The notes under the pieces: model-generated
What the model was told of the DNA's origin: nothing
Database searches by the model: none
What the model saw: the letters and a program-made list of their open reading frames with translations, nothing else
Position numbers and translations under genes: made by a program
IMG/VR virus record: IMGVR_UViG_3300027787_000005
Location: 1 to 45,265 of that record
Reading direction: 5' to 3' (one strand)
Origin: a virus
Taxonomy: Duplodnaviria; Caudoviricetes
DNA length: 45,265 bases
Part shown: piece by piece, positions 33,565-43,113 of the stretch
How positions within the stretch are numbered: the first letter of the stretch is position 1
Layout: each line of letters begins with the position of its first letter

Positions 33565-33981
33565 TCAGCTGGCTGCGACGCTGCCGAAGCTGTAGACGTC
33601 GACCAGATCCATGACCAGCGGACCGGTGTCCTCGTCGCGGCGCGGCGGCGATCCCTCACGCCAGCGGATCGGCGAGCACACGCGGTTGGCGACGACCGGG
33701 GTCACGTCCAGCACGGCCGCTTCGACCCGGGCCGCGACACCCCGGGCGGCGATCGCGTTGCCGCCGACGCAGTGGCAGTACGCCCACAGGTTCGCGGCCA
33801 TGGACCGGCCCGTCAGCGGCACCCGGTCCGGGGCGGTCAGGCCGTCCGGGGTCTCGCGGAAGATGTAGACCAGGACGTAATGGTCGGTCGTGCCGTCGGC
33901 CTTGCCGTCGTAGACGGTCAGGCCGGCGTCGGCGCGCAGCAGGTTCAGGAACGCATCCGCGTGGTCCTGGTAGGTGCTCAC
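33565..33981 (-). CDS. Tail terminator protein
   Basis: LTVYDG...YVLVY...PPRRDED; synteny. Confidence 0.75.
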   Translation of the reverse strand: MSTYQDHADAFLNLLRADAGLTVYDGKADGTTDHYVLVYIFRETPDGLTAPDRVPLTGRSMAANLWAYCHCVGGNAIAARGVAARVEAAVLDVTPVVANRVCSPIRWREGSPPRRDEDTGPLVMDLVDVYSFGSVAAS

Positions 33982-34367
33982 CCGAGACCCGTGACCTTCA
34001 CGGCCAGCGCCTGCATCGCCGCGGCGAACTTCGGCTCTTCGGCGTCGGCCGCCGGGCGCATGTGCGGGATCGGCGGGTTCTTCACCGTGCCGAACTCCAG
34101 GATGTTGCCGAGCGCGCCCTGACGCTTGTCCTTGTCCGGGCCGATTTCCGCCCAGCTGCCGGTCGCGGTCTCGTGCGTGTCGTAGGTGATCGCATACGGG
34201 TACGCCGGGGCGTGCGGGTGCCCGGAGATCCGACGGCGCGCATCGGTCTTGATGTTCAGTGCGCCCTTGCCCAGGACCTTGCGGGACTCCTTGGGTGCGA
34301 CGCCGGCGGCCTGGACGAGGATCTGGTGCAGCTCGTGGACCTCGTGGGCGTCGATGAGTTCGGCCAT
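33978..34367 (-). CDS. HK97 gp10-like neck protein
   Basis: KGALNIK...AEIGPDKDKRQGALGNILEFGTVKNPPIPHMRPA. Confidence 0.8.
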   Translation of the reverse strand: MAELIDAHEVHELHQILVQAAGVAPKESRKVLGKGALNIKTDARRRISGHPHAPAYPYAITYDTHETATGSWAEIGPDKDKRQGALGNILEFGTVKNPPIPHMRPAADAEEPKFAAAMQALAVKVTGLG

Positions 34368-34368
34368 G

Positions 34369-34761
34369 TCAGCCCGTCCTCTCAGTCACGCCGACCCTGC
34401 GCGCGGTCTCGTCCGTCTTGTGGAACAGGTCGCGGATCAAGAACACCCGGCCGACCAGGTCCGCGTCGCGGGAGCTCGTGATGGTGATCTCGTCGTTGAC
34501 CTGCAGACCGGTGACCGTGACGGGCAGCTGCACGACGAGCCGCAAGCGCAGCTGGAAGTCCTCGCCGACGTCGTGCTGGTCGGCCTGCGCCAGGGACTGC
34601 TGCACCCGGCACACCCCCGCGTAGAGGCTGGCCCACGTCGGCGTGATGACGCTGGTGTCCGGGTTGGTGGCCTCGCCGGTCCTGCGCCGGATGGTGCAGG
34701 CATCGACCATGCTCGCCAACGCGGCGGCCTGACCGCGGGCGAGGGCGGACGCTCGTGACAT
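34369..34761 (-). CDS. Head-closure / head-tail stopper (DUF6093-like)
   Basis: GQAAALASMVDACTIRR...YAGVCRVQ. Confidence 0.75.
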   Translation of the reverse strand: MSRASALARGQAAALASMVDACTIRRRTGEATNPDTSVITPTWASLYAGVCRVQQSLAQADQHDVGEDFQLRLRLVVQLPVTVTGLQVNDEITITSSRDADLVGRVFLIRDLFHKTDETARRVGVTERTG

Positions 34762-34762
34762 G

Positions 34763-35413
34763 TCAGATGCCGGTGAGGTCGAGCGTCAGCGCGCTGATCG
34801 CCACCGTCAGCTGCCCCTGGCTGGCGAACGTCTCCGGGATGACCTTCTCGAAGTAGCACTCGCCGCCGGCCAGCGCGGTCACGTCGACCGCTGCGCCGCC
34901 CGAGGTCAGGGACACCTTGAACGTGTCCGTGGCGACGTTCACCACGAAGTAGACGGTGCCCTCGGAGACGCCCGTGGCCAGCGTCGTGCCGAGGACGTTG
35001 TAGAGCATGACCCGGTCGGTGTTCGCCAGGCCGTGCCCGGGCGAGAGGAACTGGTCGTTCGTCAGGGTCGTGTCGACGGTGGCGAACCCGCGCACGGTGC
35101 CGTTGATCGGGGCGTACCCGCGGAAGTTGTTCGTGTTACCGGTGCTGGCGTTGAAGAAGCACAGGAAGCCGTACGTGCCCGCTGGCAGGTCGAACGTCAG
35201 CGCGCCGGTGTTCTGCTTGACCTCGGCCGCCGCCGCACCCCACACGACCGCCTGCCGGGCGTAGGCGGGGCTGCCACCGGTCGCCTCGGTGCCGGTGGCG
35301 TTGGTGCCGGTTCCAGGGTCGGTCAGGGTCCACACGGCAACGTGGGTGATCTTGGTGTTGGACTCGTCGAGAGCGTCCAGCATCTCGTTCTTCGCGACGG
35401 TATTGAACGGCAC
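34763..35413 (-). CDS. Putative neck/fibre-associated protein
   Basis: AKNEMLDAL...EATGGSPAYARQAVVW...FDLPAG plus HGLANTDRV..YFVVN..DTFKVSLTSGGAAVD insert. Confidence 0.65.
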   Translation of the reverse strand: MPFNTVAKNEMLDALDESNTKITHVAVWTLTDPGTGTNATGTEATGGSPAYARQAVVWGAAAAEVKQNTGALTFDLPAGTYGFLCFFNASTGNTNNFRGYAPINGTVRGFATVDTTLTNDQFLSPGHGLANTDRVMLYNVLGTTLATGVSEGTVYFVVNVATDTFKVSLTSGGAAVDVTALAGGECYFEKVIPETFASQGQLTVAISALTLDLTGI

Positions 35414-35424
35414 GGTTCGCTCCT

Positions 35425-36333
35425 TCAGGGCCAGTACGTGATGCCGGCGAACGGCCGGACGGTGCGGCCACTTCCGGGCCTGGTCGTGGTGCCGCTGTTC
35501 GGTCGCGGCGTGCGCTGATGGGTGCGGGCGTAGGTGACCGCCTGGGCCACGCACCGACCGACGGCCGGGCGTGTGGCGCCGAGCTGGCCGCCGACGCCGG
35601 TCGCCGTCGCCAGCGCCACCACGCGGGCAGTGGCCGCGTTGCGCTTACCGGTCGTGGACCGGGCGGAGGCAGCGGCGCAGGCACTGCCGGTCGACGGTGC
35701 GCGATGGACCGCGACCGACCGGGCCATGCCGGCCGCGACAGCGACTGCGGCGGGCAGCGCCCGATGAACGGATACCGCGCGCGGTATGGCTGCGGCCACC
35801 GCCGAGCAGCCAGCGGGCGTGATGCGAGCGGTGGTCGCGGAGATCCGGCCGGCGGCGACGCAGGCGGCGACCGCCGGCCGAGCGGTGCCGGACGTCGGCG
35901 TGGCCGTGGCTGAGGCGGCACCGACGGCGGTGACCGTGACCGGCGCCCGCTTGCTCACGGCGGCCGTCGCAGTGGCCGCCGCGACGGCGCGGGCTGAGGT
36001 AGCTGTGACGTGCCGGGCCGATGCGTAGGTGACAGCCGCGGCGGTCGAGCGCGCCGTAGTCGGCGTGACGTGCACGGCGGTGACGCGGGCAGTGGTGGCG
36101 CCCACGGCGGTCGCGGTCGCCGCGTACACCTTCCGGGTGGTCGCCGAGACGGTCGCCGCAGCGACACTGCGACCGGTCGCTGGCAGCGTTTTGGTGGCGT
36201 TGGCCCGGATGGTCCCGGCGGCGGCCGCCAAACCTGTGGCGGCTACCGACCCACCCGCGGCCGCTGCGCTGTGGACGAACCGGCGGCGGGGCTGGATGCG
36301 GACGGGTGGCCGACCGCGGCGCGGCCAGCCCAC
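35425..36333 (-). CDS. Ala/Thr-rich repetitive fibre-like protein
   Basis: Loose ~19-aa repeats; contiguous with its neighbours. Confidence 0.6.
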   Translation of the reverse strand: MGWPRRGRPPVRIQPRRRFVHSAAAAGGSVAATGLAAAAGTIRANATKTLPATGRSVAAATVSATTRKVYAATATAVGATTARVTAVHVTPTTARSTAAAVTYASARHVTATSARAVAAATATAAVSKRAPVTVTAVGAASATATPTSGTARPAVAACVAAGRISATTARITPAGCSAVAAAIPRAVSVHRALPAAVAVAAGMARSVAVHRAPSTGSACAAASARSTTGKRNAATARVVALATATGVGGQLGATRPAVGRCVAQAVTYARTHQRTPRPNSGTTTRPGSGRTVRPFAGITYWP

Positions 36334-36336
36334 CGA

Positions 36337-36813
36337 TCAGCCCTGCTCGCGCACGTAGAGGGTGCCGGACATGGTCAGCGAGTCCGCCGGGGCCGCGGCG
36401 AGCCGCACGACCAGCGAGGTGTCGGCGGCGCTGGCCTCCCACTCGCAGCCCTCCGGCAGCCACAGCTTCTCGCCGGCGGCGACGTGGAACGTGTCGGCGT
36501 GAAGTTGTGCCGTCGTGCCGGTGGTGGCCGCCGTGGTGTTGCACGTCTCGGCCGAGAACCCGGCCGCGCTGTCGGAACGGTTCAACGGTGCCGGCGTCGG
36601 CGTCGCGCCACCGGATCCCGATGTGGTGAAGCCGCGGATCACCGTGTACGCGAGCAGCTCGGCCTGGGCGTCACCAGCGTCGGACGATTGGCCGACGAAC
36701 AGGCCCATGACCTCGCACGGCTTGTTGCTCACCGGACGGATCTCGAACAAGTCCACGGCGACCGTGACGGCGACTGCCGAGAAGCTGACGGTGTAGATGC
36801 GGTTCTGCGCCAC
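36337..36813 (-). CDS. Hypothetical beta-sandwich virion protein
   Basis: AGGAG RBS; beta-strand pattern. Confidence 0.65.
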   Translation of the reverse strand: MAQNRIYTVSFSAVAVTVAVDLFEIRPVSNKPCEVMGLFVGQSSDAGDAQAELLAYTVIRGFTTSGSGGATPTPAPLNRSDSAAGFSAETCNTTAATTGTTAQLHADTFHVAAGEKLWLPEGCEWEASAADTSLVVRLAAAPADSLTMSGTLYVREQG

Positions 36814-36822
36814 CCGGTGCTC

Positions 36823-37515
36823 CTAACGCATGGTGAGGCCGCGGTGCGGCCTGCGACGGATGACGGGCTCGGCGGCGGTGGTCGCCGAAGCCTTGAACGC
36901 GATGACCAACTCCTGGCGACAGGTCATCGACCCGGTCCAGGACGCCGAGGTGGCGTAGGCGCCGGCCGCGCCGGCGGTGAGCTCGGCGAGGAACGTGGCG
37001 CCACGGTTCGTCGCGCCGGTGACGGTCTGGCTGAGCTGGTTGGCGAAGGAGTTCGTCCACGACGGCGCTGACGCCGACGAGGTGGCGGTGAACCGGTAGA
37101 CGCCCGCCACCGCGATGACCAGGTCGTTCGCGGCCGTCGTCGTCACGGACGTGTTCGTGGTCGTCGTGCCCTCAGTGACGGTGATCGTCGACGTGTTGGA
37201 GACATCCAGCGGCGTCGCGGTCGCACCGCTGTACTCGCACACCGTGGAGATCATGTCGGTCGCGCCGCCCTCGGTGAGGGTGACCGTCGACTCCGTGCCG
37301 GCGGCGATCTTCCAGAACAGGTAGATCGCGTTGTCGTCGACCACGCTCGGCCCGGCGGTCCACCCGCCCGGGGTCGACACGAGGTTGTCGCCGTTGGCCG
37401 TCGCCACCAGCAGGTTGCCCGCCGTGGGGGTAGCCCATCCGTCGCCGGCGCCGATGGCCAGCGACGAGACCGCTGCGCCGGCTTTCGCCACCCGCTGAAC
37501 TCCGGCGATCGCCAC
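36823..37515 (-). CDS. Hypothetical beta-rich virion protein
   Basis: PTAGNLLVA and TTTAANDLVIA duplicated motifs. Confidence 0.65.
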   Translation of the reverse strand: MAIAGVQRVAKAGAAVSSLAIGAGDGWATPTAGNLLVATANGDNLVSTPGGWTAGPSVVDDNAIYLFWKIAAGTESTVTLTEGGATDMISTVCEYSGATATPLDVSNTSTITVTEGTTTTNTSVTTTAANDLVIAVAGVYRFTATSSASAPSWTNSFANQLSQTVTGATNRGATFLAELTAGAAGAYATSASWTGSMTCRQELVIAFKASATTAAEPVIRRRPHRGLTMR

Positions 37516-37516
37516 G

Positions 37517-37876
37517 TCAGGCCAGGTCGAAGGTGATGCCGTTGAAGTCGGACGAGTTGGTGTACGGGCCGTCCGGCGCAGGCGCGGCGGCCAGCTGCGC
37601 TGCGGTCGCCGCCCGACCGCCAGCAGGGATACTTACGCGGCGCAGTTCGTTCCCGCCTGCGTCGTTGACTCGGACCTTGACGGTGCGGCCGAGGGTGTTC
37701 GCGGCGATCAGAGCCCCGGAACCGATCGGCCAGACCGTGCCGTCCGGCGACGTCCACGCCACGGGGTTGTTGCGCAACGCGCCGGTGGCTGGGTTGAAGA
37801 ACCACGTCACGCACACCGCGACCGTGCCGGCGGCGTTGGGGATGGTGGTGACGACCTGGCCGGGCAGTGCAGGCAT
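37517..37876 (-). CDS. Hypothetical virion-region protein
   Basis: GAGGAGG RBS; MPALPGQVVTTIP... Confidence 0.6.
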   Translation of the reverse strand: MPALPGQVVTTIPNAAGTVAVCVTWFFNPATGALRNNPVAWTSPDGTVWPIGSGALIAANTLGRTVKVRVNDAGGNELRRVSIPAGGRAATAAQLAAAPAPDGPYTNSSDFNGITFDLA

Positions 37877-37914
37877 GGCAGACCTCCTCGGGAGGGTTAT
37901 GCGTGAGGCCGGGG

Positions 37915-38508
37915 CTAGGCCTTGACCAGTCGGACCGAACCGGTCGGCTGGCCGTACTGGCGTCGCAGGAGATTCGCCAGTGACGGTGAGGCGTCCATGC
38001 GCGCCGATGCGGCCTCGTAGGCGACCGCGTAGTCGTCGATCTGCTCGCGAGTCGCCCCGCCAGGGTTGGCGTAGACGGAGGCGGCCAGCTGGAGCACCGC
38101 GCTGCGGGCGAGCTGAAGCCGCTGGTGGCCGGCGGCGTATCCGTGGGTGTAGGTCACCGTCACCAGCGACGGCTGATCCGGATAGGCGACCAGCGTCGAG
38201 CGCCAGCCGTAGGCCCGCCACAGGCGGGCGCGGCGCAGCTGGGTGCTGTAGTCGGTGACCGCGGTCGCGCCGATCGTCACCGTCGTCACCGCGGTAACGG
38301 GGCGTTCGGGCAGGTTCAGGTAAAGCCCGTCGTCGTACTCGTCCAGGTCCAAGGTGACGATGTCGCCGACAACCTGGACGATCCGCTGGCCGGTGACGGC
38401 CTGCACCACCGCGGTGGATGCCTCGATCAGCAGCGTCGCGGTGGCGGTGTCGACGTCCTGCTGCAGCAGGGAAGCGAGATCCGACGGCGTCGCGAGTTGG
38501 TCTGCCAT
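37915..38508 (-). CDS. Head-tail adaptor/connector
   Basis: LATPSDLA..L...LPERPVTAVT...VTYTHGY...YANPGG..REQIDDY. Confidence 0.8.
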   Translation of the reverse strand: MADQLATPSDLASLLQQDVDTATATLLIEASTAVVQAVTGQRIVQVVGDIVTLDLDEYDDGLYLNLPERPVTAVTTVTIGATAVTDYSTQLRRARLWRAYGWRSTLVAYPDQPSLVTVTYTHGYAAGHQRLQLARSAVLQLAASVYANPGGATREQIDDYAVAYEAASARMDASPSLANLLRRQYGQPTGSVRLVKA

Positions 38509-38529
38509 CAGATCTCGCCCCTCACTGTG

Positions 38530-38826
38530 TTATCGCTCGGAGACGCCGTTGGCCTGCTTCTCGACGTCCTTGATGTCCCGGCGCACCTGCTCGGCCTGGG
38601 CCTCGTCGGTCTCCGGGGTGGGCATGCCCGACGTCACGCCGGCGAGGGTGTAGGCCTCGTTCGGGGTGCTGTCGACCTCGATGCCGCGGAAACCCTGATC
38701 GGTCTCCTTGTCGACGACCTCCTGCGGACCCGCGGCCACCGACTTGTCGGCCTTGGCCGCGTCGGCCTTGGCCTTCTGGCCCGCGGGAGTGTTCTCGGGG
38801 TGGTCCTTGCTGGTGCTGACTGCCAT
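38530..38826 (-). CDS. Hypothetical acidic capsid-associated protein
   Basis: AAGGAG RBS; GFRGIEVDSTPNEAYTLAGV..PTPETD. Confidence 0.65.
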   Translation of the reverse strand: MAVSTSKDHPENTPAGQKAKADAAKADKSVAAGPQEVVDKETDQGFRGIEVDSTPNEAYTLAGVTSGMPTPETDEAQAEQVRRDIKDVEKQANGVSER

Positions 38827-38835
38827 CGCTGCTCC

Positions 38836-39243
38836 TTACGCGTACTTCGCGGCGGTGGACACGGCGACGAGCCCACCCGGGTCGGCGATACCAGTACCCA
38901 CCGCGGTCGACTGCCACTGCAGGACATCGCCGGCGACCAGGAGCAGATCGGAGGCGGTCACCGACAGGGTGATGGCCTTCTCGTCGGCCGCGACCGTGTT
39001 GACGCCCGAGTTGAACTGCAGCGTCGCGATGACGGTCGTACCCGCACCGGCCTGACCCTTGTTGACCAGGGAAACCGAGCGGGTGTTGGTGTTCGCGCCA
39101 GTGATGGCCGTGACGGTCGTATACGTCACGGCGGTGACGGTGCCGTCGCGAGGCACCACCCAGGCGATGGAGTTGAGGTTGCTGCCGGCGGTCGCCTGCG
39201 GCTGCACCGGGACCTGGTGAGCGGCGCCGAAGGGTGCGGTCAT
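38836..39243 (-). CDS. Putative capsid decoration protein
   Basis: Directly after the major capsid gene; beta-rich. Confidence 0.55.
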   Translation of the reverse strand: MTAPFGAAHQVPVQPQATAGSNLNSIAWVVPRDGTVTAVTYTTVTAITGANTNTRSVSLVNKGQAGAGTTVIATLQFNSGVNTVAADEKAITLSVTASDLLLVAGDVLQWQSTAVGTGIADPGGLVAVSTAAKYA

Positions 39244-39255
39244 GTTCTGCCTCGC

Positions 39256-40209
39256 TTACGGGATGAGGATGCGGGCGACGGGGTAGCGGCTGCCCTCGGT
39301 CGGCTGGTCGTAGTTGAGGATGTTGGCGACCTGCCAGCCCACCCGGAAGGTGAGGCGGATCGCGGTCATGTCCTGCTGGGGCAGGTTGTAGATGATCGCG
39401 CCGGTGTTGTCGGTGATGACCGCCTGGTCGAGGATCTTCATGGTGATGTCCTGGCGGACACCGACGACGAACTGCGACCAGTCGCCGAGCAGCGAGTACA
39501 CGCCGCCGGAGCCGGCGGGCCACAGGCCCCGCATCGGGTAGACGACCGGCAGGCCGTCGATGTCGGTCAGAGTGGCGTTGGCGCGGCCCGGGTCGAGGCG
39601 CTGGCCGGTGCTGTCACGCGCCGGCCGGATACGACCCTTCCACGCCGTCGACGCCACAATGCCGGTCGGGTCGTAGCCGTCCGCGTCGAGCAGCGCGTAG
39701 GCCGCGTCGAGGTCGCCGTAGCCGCCACCTGCGGTCGCCGCGGCGTTGCCGGTCAGCGAGTTGCCCGCGGCGAGGGCGGCGGCGGAGATGTTCGTCGGCC
39801 AGGTACCGGGCGCGTTCGTGCCGAAGAACGCCGCAGCGTCGAGCGTGCGGTAGAACGCCTCGACGAGGTAGGGCATCGCCTCGTCCCAGATGTTCACGTC
39901 CACGTCGGCGACCACGTTGTCGGGCACCGGCATGATCGTGGCGATCTCTTCGATGTTCAGGTACTTGTTCGTCCAGTTGACCTCGGTCGTCTGCTTCAGA
40001 CCGGTGTCACCGTTGACGAAGTATCCGACCGGCAGTGCCGACAGGACGGGGAATCGCACCTGGGCCCGACCCACCGGCACCCGGCGGAACAGGCGCAGCA
40101 CTGCCGACTCGTCGGTCGCCCGGCGGAGCATCTCGTTCGAGACTTCTTCGGGGATCAGCGCCGACGCGTCGGTACGCGAGGTCAAGTTGTTGTAAGCGAT
40201 GGGACTCAC
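39256..40209 (-). CDS. Major capsid protein (HK97 fold)
   Basis: ALIPEEVSNEM, FPVLSALP..YFV.G, EEIATIMPVPD, GDWSQ, NLPQQDM.AIR. Confidence 0.92.
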   Translation of the reverse strand: MSPIAYNNLTSRTDASALIPEEVSNEMLRRATDESAVLRLFRRVPVGRAQVRFPVLSALPVGYFVNGDTGLKQTTEVNWTNKYLNIEEIATIMPVPDNVVADVDVNIWDEAMPYLVEAFYRTLDAAAFFGTNAPGTWPTNISAAALAAGNSLTGNAAATAGGGYGDLDAAYALLDADGYDPTGIVASTAWKGRIRPARDSTGQRLDPGRANATLTDIDGLPVVYPMRGLWPAGSGGVYSLLGDWSQFVVGVRQDITMKILDQAVITDNTGAIIYNLPQQDMTAIRLTFRVGWQVANILNYDQPTEGSRYPVARILIP

Positions 40210-40247
40210 CTTCCTTGGTCAGCGGGCCCCATCTGGGTCCCTACTGG

Positions 40248-40748
40248 TCAGCCCCGGCCCGCCGCACGGCGGATCAGGGAGTTCATGTCGGCCGGCTTCC
40301 CGGCCGGGGTGCGGGCGCCGCCGTCGAAGTCGGTGCGCTTCTGTCCGCCTCCGAGTCGCGAGATCCGGGCCTCGATGGCCTTGGTGTCGGGCTCGCCGTC
40401 GTCGCCGAGGAACTTCGTCAGGTCGACGTCCTCGAGGTAGGCGGACAACGTGTCGGTCTCCACGCGGCCGGCGGCCGCGGCGCGGAACTCGGCTCGGACG
40501 AGCCGTGGGCCGGCCTTGGCGGCTGCGGTCTGGGCGCCCCGCTGCTCGGCCTCGGCGACCGCCTTCTCCTGCTCGGTCAACCCGGACTTGCGGACCTTGT
40601 CCAGTTCAGCCTGGGCGGCTCGCAGCTCGCGGCGGTACTTGGCCGCTTCCTGGTTCGCCTTGGTGACGCGGGCGTCCTCGGTGCTCTCCTCAACGGTCGT
40701 CGCGGCCTCCTGGGCCTCGTCGCTCGCCTCGGTGGTGGTGTCACTCAT
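40248..40748 (-). CDS. Scaffolding protein
   Basis: ANQEAAKYRRE, LTEQEKAVAEAE, FDGGAR, DMNSLIRRAAG; upstream of the capsid gene. Confidence 0.85.
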   Translation of the reverse strand: MSDTTTEASDEAQEAATTVEESTEDARVTKANQEAAKYRRELRAAQAELDKVRKSGLTEQEKAVAEAEQRGAQTAAAKAGPRLVRAEFRAAAAGRVETDTLSAYLEDVDLTKFLGDDGEPDTKAIEARISRLGGGQKRTDFDGGARTPAGKPADMNSLIRRAAGRG

Positions 40749-40793
40749 GCGCCCTCCAGGGGCTACTTCCACCGCCCTCCAGGGGCGGGAAGA

Positions 40794-41684
40794 TCAGGTG
40801 ATGTAGCCGTGCAACCGCAGTAGGCGGATCGCGTCCTCGCGGTCGCGGGCGTCGCGGAAGATCTGCTCGGGCATCAACCGTGGTCGGCGGCCGGCCGCCT
40901 CGGTGGTGTAGAGCCGGCCGTCGGCGGTTTGCATGCCGCGGCGCGCATTGACGACCTTCGCCATGTCGGCGCCCTCGCGGACCGCCTGAGCGCCGGCCTT
41001 GCCGAGGAGCTCGTCCTGGCCGGCCGGGTCGAGGGAATCGAAGTACGCCTTCGGATCGGTGCTGACGTCGTCCGGCGCATACTCGGCGACCGGGATGTGC
41101 CGGCAGTCGCAGCGCGGATGCCGCAGGAAGCCCTGATTCCAGCGGTAGCGGCGTCCGGCGAGGATCAGGCACCGTGAGCACGTCTTGCCGACGACCATGC
41201 GGACATAGCCGCGGACTTCGGGCCGTGCGGCGATGGCAGTCCCGACGGCGACGCGCCCAGCGTCGGCAACCTGCGTGCGTGAGATCAGGTCGAGCACGAA
41301 CCGGCCAGACGAGAGGGCCTGCGCCGGGCGTGCCCCCTGCCTGATCTGACCCAGGGTCGTCAGCACCGGCTGCAGCAGCAGCGACGCCAGCGGCCGTCCG
41401 TCGGAAGCGATGCCCGCGAACGCGCCCGGTGCGATTCGGCCAGCGGCCTCGACGGCGACGCCCGACTCGGCGAGAACATCATCGACGTACACGCCGGCCG
41501 AAGCCGCGGCGGTGGCCTGCGAGGTGCCGAGGACCGCGACGGCCTGCGGGAGCAGGGCGCCCCACGATGCGGCGATGTTGCCGGATTCGATCGCCCGCCA
41601 CAGCCGGGCGAGCTCGAGCGCGGTCCGCCGGGCGAGCGTCACCTGCCGGTCAGCGTGCCCGACGGCGATCTCGTCGACCGCCAC
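40794..41684 (-). CDS. MuF-like minor capsid / maturation protein
   Basis: GYVRMVVGKTCSRCLILAG...FLRHPRCDCRHIP; RLMPEQI. Confidence 0.85.
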   Translation of the reverse strand: MAVDEIAVGHADRQVTLARRTALELARLWRAIESGNIAASWGALLPQAVAVLGTSQATAAASAGVYVDDVLAESGVAVEAAGRIAPGAFAGIASDGRPLASLLLQPVLTTLGQIRQGARPAQALSSGRFVLDLISRTQVADAGRVAVGTAIAARPEVRGYVRMVVGKTCSRCLILAGRRYRWNQGFLRHPRCDCRHIPVAEYAPDDVSTDPKAYFDSLDPAGQDELLGKAGAQAVREGADMAKVVNARRGMQTADGRLYTTEAAGRRPRLMPEQIFRDARDREDAIRLLRLHGYIT

Positions 41685-41687
41685 GGC

Positions 41688-43100
41688 CTACTCCCCGATG
41701 GGCTGGGCCGCGCCGGACGCTGCGCCGTCTGGCAGGCCGCGGCCGGCGGCCTGGGTGAGCTGTCCGAGCGGATCGCGCGCGGCCTGCTCCTCGGCCATCT
41801 TCTTCCACCGCTGGATCTCCACTTGCGATGCGCCCCAGCGCTCCCAGAGCGCCTCGTCGGGCACGTGCAGGGTGGACATCTTCGTCAGCGCGTCGACCAG
41901 CTCGCCCTCGGTGCGGAACTCCGGGTTACGCCACTTCGTCTCGATGACCTCGCGGCCGTTCGCCAGCCCTCCGGCGCGGCGGGCCAGGCCCATCGTGTCC
42001 TCAAGGCCGTCGCCGGCCGTCCGGTTGCGCTGACGGACCTTCGAGACTAGGCCGGATTCGGAGGCCTTCAGCGTCTCGCCGTTGACGTTGGACATCTCGC
42101 CGAGCAGGTACTGCGCCGGCGTCCGGGTGCGGGAGGCGATGTCCTTGACGTCCTCGCGCTTCGCCGCCGAGTACGGATCCAGAGGTGCCGACTCGAACTG
42201 CCCGAACTGCGTCTCCGCCATCTCTGAGGTGATCATGCGGTTGCGCCCGACGTCGATGCGGTTCTCGTTGCCGTCGGCGTCTTTCTCCGGGAAGCCCTTG
42301 GCCCACTTCTGCGGGAACGCGCCGAAGTCCTGCGTCATTAGCCGGTCGGCGATCGTCTTGTTGATGCGGTCCTGGACGACGATCACGTCCGCGAGTTCGG
42401 ACACCCCGCCGGTGAGCAGCCTCGGGTTGTTCGCGACCTCCACCAGCGGCACCTCGCCGAGCGGATTCTTCGCCGGCCAGCGCTCGCCGCGGACCTCACG
42501 CTTCTCCCAGCGGGGCTCGGTCACACCGCCCGGGGTGGGGTTAGGCGACTCGAACTTGTAGACCGCGTCGGGCAGGTAGAGCGTGGCCATCTGCTTACCG
42601 GTCCAGTCGTCCTGCCACACCTTCAGTCCGGCCGCCCGGCGTCGGCGCGCACTGCCCGGCTCGTACTCGACGGTCGCCTGGGTCGGATGCTCGGCGTAGA
42701 TCACCGGCTGGTCCCCGTCGGCCGGCGGGGCGACGAGCAGGAACGAGCAACCGCCGATCGCGGCCTCGAGCAGCACCTGGTCAGAGGCGGCGTCGAGGTT
42801 GTTGGCCTGCCAGATGTCCCAGGTGGGCATGTCGGCGGCCAGGTCGTCGCCGATGGAGAAGCCTTCGACGCTCATCCGCTCGACCATGGCATCGACGACC
42901 AAGCCCATGTAGTTGCTGTTCGACAACGACAGCAGGCGGGAGAACTCTTCGCGGGACTGCTCGGCCAACCACGGCAGCCGCGGCGGCTTCCCGCGGTAGT
43001 AGGCGTCGTACAGCTCGAACGTCTCGCGCTGTACCTTCAGGCGGTCGTAGAGGCGCTTCACCCACCATTCGGGCGTGAGGGGCTGGTATGGCTGCGACAC
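41688..43100 (-). CDS. Portal protein (SPP1 gp6-like)
   Basis: NYMGLVVDAMVER, IWQANNLD, QDRIN, AFPQKW, SNVNGETLKASE. Confidence 0.92.
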   Translation of the reverse strand: MSQPYQPLTPEWWVKRLYDRLKVQRETFELYDAYYRGKPPRLPWLAEQSREEFSRLLSLSNSNYMGLVVDAMVERMSVEGFSIGDDLAADMPTWDIWQANNLDAASDQVLLEAAIGGCSFLLVAPPADGDQPVIYAEHPTQATVEYEPGSARRRRAAGLKVWQDDWTGKQMATLYLPDAVYKFESPNPTPGGVTEPRWEKREVRGERWPAKNPLGEVPLVEVANNPRLLTGGVSELADVIVVQDRINKTIADRLMTQDFGAFPQKWAKGFPEKDADGNENRIDVGRNRMITSEMAETQFGQFESAPLDPYSAAKREDVKDIASRTRTPAQYLLGEMSNVNGETLKASESGLVSKVRQRNRTAGDGLEDTMGLARRAGGLANGREVIETKWRNPEFRTEGELVDALTKMSTLHVPDEALWERWGASQVEIQRWKKMAEEQAARDPLGQLTQAAGRGLPDGAASGAAQPIGE

Positions 43101-43113
43101 CGTGATCCCCTCA

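Noticed and set aside
41041-41060. Possible self-target of array unit 7 (ACnGAnCCnAA) in the MuF-like gene
   Set aside because: Only four of seven dinucleotides match, which is expected by chance; a systematic gapped search could not be done by eye.
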